Assembly: GCF_006345805.1 (NCBI RefSeq)
Contig: NW_021827977.1
Location: forward strand, 1 to 9,238
Source of the DNA: Octopus sinensis
Taxonomy: Eukaryota
Direction: 5' to 3'
Length of the DNA stretch: 9,238 bases
Position 1 is the first letter of the stretch, and every line of letters begins with the position of its first letter. Below, piece by piece: positions 7,396 through 9,238 of the stretch. The notes beneath the pieces are model-generated. The model did not search any database, had not been told where the DNA came from, and saw only the letters and a list, made by a program, of their open reading frames with translations. Position numbers and translations under genes: made by a program.

Positions 7396-7553
7396 GTCTT
7401 CACTTTCAGAGTTCAAATTCCACCGAAGTCCAACTTTGCCTTTCAGCCTTTCGGGGTCGATAAAATAAGTACCAATTGAGTACTGGGGGTCGATGTAATC
7501 CACTTACTCCCACCGAAAAAGCTAGCCTTGTGCCAAAATTTTAAATCAATAAT
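7396..7553 (+). mobile_element. 'C' SINE core + tail type 2, fused directly to the family B head
   Basis: ttcagagttcaaattccaccgaagtcc...gcctttcggggtcgataaaataagtacc...gctagccttgtgccaaaattttaaa, homologous to the reverse complement of 3841-3990. Confidence 0.82.
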
Positions 7554-7844
7554 ATTAAGCTAACACTACAAAATCTATAAGCGACGTCTCGAAAATATTT
7601 CTAAAAATATTTGGCACCGTCTTCTGATTTTTAATCTTTTGCTCCATCAGCAATGAAATGAAACCATAATACAAAAGTTCTCAATTATTCCATTTCTTTT
7701 TTTTTTCTTTTTTATTATTATCAATTTCGTCTCTTTTTTTTCTTTTTTTTTTTTTTGGCCGTCTGTAGAGATCGATTCAAAATTTCATTCTACTGACATA
7801 GTTTTCTGAAATGACTCCAAGCTTATTTCACTATTTATAATACT

Positions 7845-7894
7845 TTCATTTATCTTGTCTTTACGTTCAGAGTTCAAATTCCGCTCAGGTCAAC
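7845..7894 (+). mobile_element. 5' half of a split 'D'-type SINE core (B-box segment)
   Basis: gtctttacgttcagagttcaaattccgctcaggtcaac stops exactly where intact copies continue tttgcctttcatcc. Confidence 0.75.
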
Positions 7895-8075
7895 ACACAC
7901 ACACACACACACATGTTTGTGTGTCTGTGTTTGTCCCGCCACTATAACTTGACAACCGTAAGTTACGGTAACTTAGCGGTTCCCCGTAACTTAGCGGTTC
8001 GGCAAAATATTTCGATAGAATAAGTACTAGGCTTACAAAGTATAAGTCCTGGGGTCGATTTGCTCGACTAAAGAC
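7895..8075 (+). mobile_element. Family 'A' body fragment without head or tail, inserted into the split D SINE; inverted relative to 7101-7270
   Basis: Reverse-complement match to 7101-7270 (11 mismatches over 141 aligned nt outside a replaced patch, hand count). Confidence 0.85.
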
Positions 8076-8192
8076 TTTACTCTCGCATGGCCTTTCATCC
8101 TTTCGGGGTTCGATTAAATAAGTACCAGTTATGCACTGGGGTCGATGTCATCGGCTTAATCCTTTTGTGTGCCCTTGTGTGTCTATGTTTAG
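8076..8192 (+). mobile_element. 3' half of the split 'D'-type SINE (core + partial D tail)
   Basis: ttt[actctcgcatg]gcctttcatcctttcggggttcgattaaataagtaccagttatgcactggggtcgat...ttaatccttttgtgtgcccttgtgtg, homologous to the reverse complement of the 184-bp array unit. Confidence 0.8.
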
Positions 8193-8439
8193 TAAGTGTG
8201 TGGGTGGGGGTGGAGGGGTAGAATGTGCCTGCATTATCAGCATCCCCTGTTTATACACGTTCATTTAATTTACCTTATTTTATTAATTTGTTTTCATCTC
8301 ATAATTTAATTAAATTAAATTAAAGCGAAAAGAAATAGAAAGAAAAGCAAAAGTAATGAGATATAAACAAATGAATAAAATAAATAAAAGTAAATTAAAC
8401 AAACCTGTACAAACAGGGGAAGCTGTTAACGCAGGTACA

Positions 8440-8520
8440 TTCACACAAACACACACATACACACTAAGTAAACATAGACACACACACAGGGATATACACA
8501 CGCGCAAATAAAGACACATA
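8440..8520. repeat. CA-rich low-complexity tract
   Basis: Degenerate (CA)n seen directly. Confidence 0.6.
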
Positions 8521-8794
8521 TAATTTGAATACGAAATGGCTGGTTATTAGTAAGGAGAGACACACAAGAAAGAAAGAAGAAAGCAAAGGACCACTGATGA
8601 TGACACAGAAGTGTGACGAAAGAACTCTGGCCGAAATACAATTAATATAAAATAAAGCTGAAGCAAGCGAACACCAAATATATAGTGCGTGTGTTTTGTT
8701 GGTTAAACTGGCTACCATGACCATCCCCAATACAACAATATCTGTTTCAACACACGAATTCACACCAGAATCTTGTAAAACGAATATTAAACGT

Positions 8795-8828
8795 ATAATA
8801 ATAATATATATATATATATATATATATA
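8795..8828. repeat. AAT then (TA)n microsatellite
   Basis: Seen directly. Confidence 0.85.
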
Positions 8829-9027
8829 TCTATAGTATATATATATAAAATCCGTTCTGTCTGTCTGTGTGTGTGTCTTCTAGGATCTCGGGCATTCTCC
8901 ATCTGATTGCGCTCAAATTTGATAAGTAGATACCGACGGTATCAGGGCATGTATAAGTCTTGCAAATATTACAAAAATCGATTCCAGGTGAGAATGCGAT
9001 AGATAAAGTCGTGGGAACATGCATTGG
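8829..9027 (+). mobile_element. Probable short non-autonomous Helitron-like element
   Basis: It starts a|TCtatagtatatatatataaaa, followed by ctgtctgtctgtgtgt and a ...gatctcg...ctgattgcgctcaaatttg block typical of small Helitron derivatives. A weak hairpin gcgat/gtcgt (8996-9012) lies about 15 nt before ttgg|t (possible decayed CTAG|T). Confidence 0.5.
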
Positions 9028-9106
9028 TAAAATCGTTTTTCTTGGAATAGAAAGAAAAGCCTATCTTTATTCCTTCTTTTGCTGGTGTCTCAAATTTAGG
9101 TTAAAT

Positions 9107-9166
9107 CAGTGTTTCTCAACGGGGAGGCCTATGGGATGGCCGGACAAGTTGTTTTGAGAAAATTTG
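9107..9166. mobile_element. 60-bp hAT (Charlie-like) miniature inverted-repeat element with 8-bp TSD
   Basis: The left TIR cagtgtttctcaa (9107-9119) is hAT-Charlie-like. The right end ttgagaaaatttg (9154-9166) matches its reverse complement at 10/13. Flanks ggttaaat (9099-9106) and gtttaaat (9167-9174) match 7/8. Confidence 0.62.
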
Positions 9167-9218
9167 GTTTAAATGTTTGACAACTCAGCACTGTCCATTG
9201 GACGGGGGCGTGTTGCTC

Positions 9219-9238
9219 GTATATATATATATATATAT
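9219..9238. repeat. (TA)n microsatellite running off the window end
   Basis: Seen directly. Confidence 0.9.

Noticed and set aside
6566-7503. ORFs rich in YI/VC/HT dipeptides and ORFs over 7182-7503
   Set aside because: They are translations of (TA)n/(TG)n tracts and SINE sequence.
7695-7812. Long T tract followed by tgtag| as a plus-strand splice acceptor
   Set aside because: All three frames stop within about 14 codons and no donor follows. The T tract is equally explained as simple low-complexity sequence.
8310-8763. Minus-strand hydrophobic ORFs (8310..8519, 8441..8641, 8464..8763)
   Set aside because: The hydrophobicity reflects the A-rich plus strand and CA repeats. There is no recognisable family, splice support or codon pattern.

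Overview
This is AT-rich eukaryotic non-coding DNA (intron or intergenic), mostly interspersed and simple repeats, with no intact protein-coding gene that I can support. The SINE-like families resemble repeats I recall from Octopus/cephalopod genomes, so the taxon is an inference from memory, not from a search. Contents: (i) about ten tRNA-derived SINE copies or fragments built from shared head, core and tail modules; (ii) a 3.5-unit, 184-bp tandem array made from a headless SINE; (iii) an (AAT)n-rich block (about 3146-5200) with three same-strand retroelement 3' ends, one encoding the C-terminus of an R4/Dong-type non-LTR ORF; (iv) two Helitron/Helentron-like non-autonomous fragments; (v) a 60-bp hAT-like mini-element with an 8-bp target-site duplication; (vi) many microsatellites. 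Nearly all ORFs in the supplied track are microsatellite or SINE artefacts. I found no new gene system. The best leads concern repeat mechanics: an inverted, apparently locally templated insertion with repair-like scars (7101-8090), a possible template-jumping or rolling-circle SINE concatemer (1098-1943), and microsatellite-targeted retrotransposon stacking.
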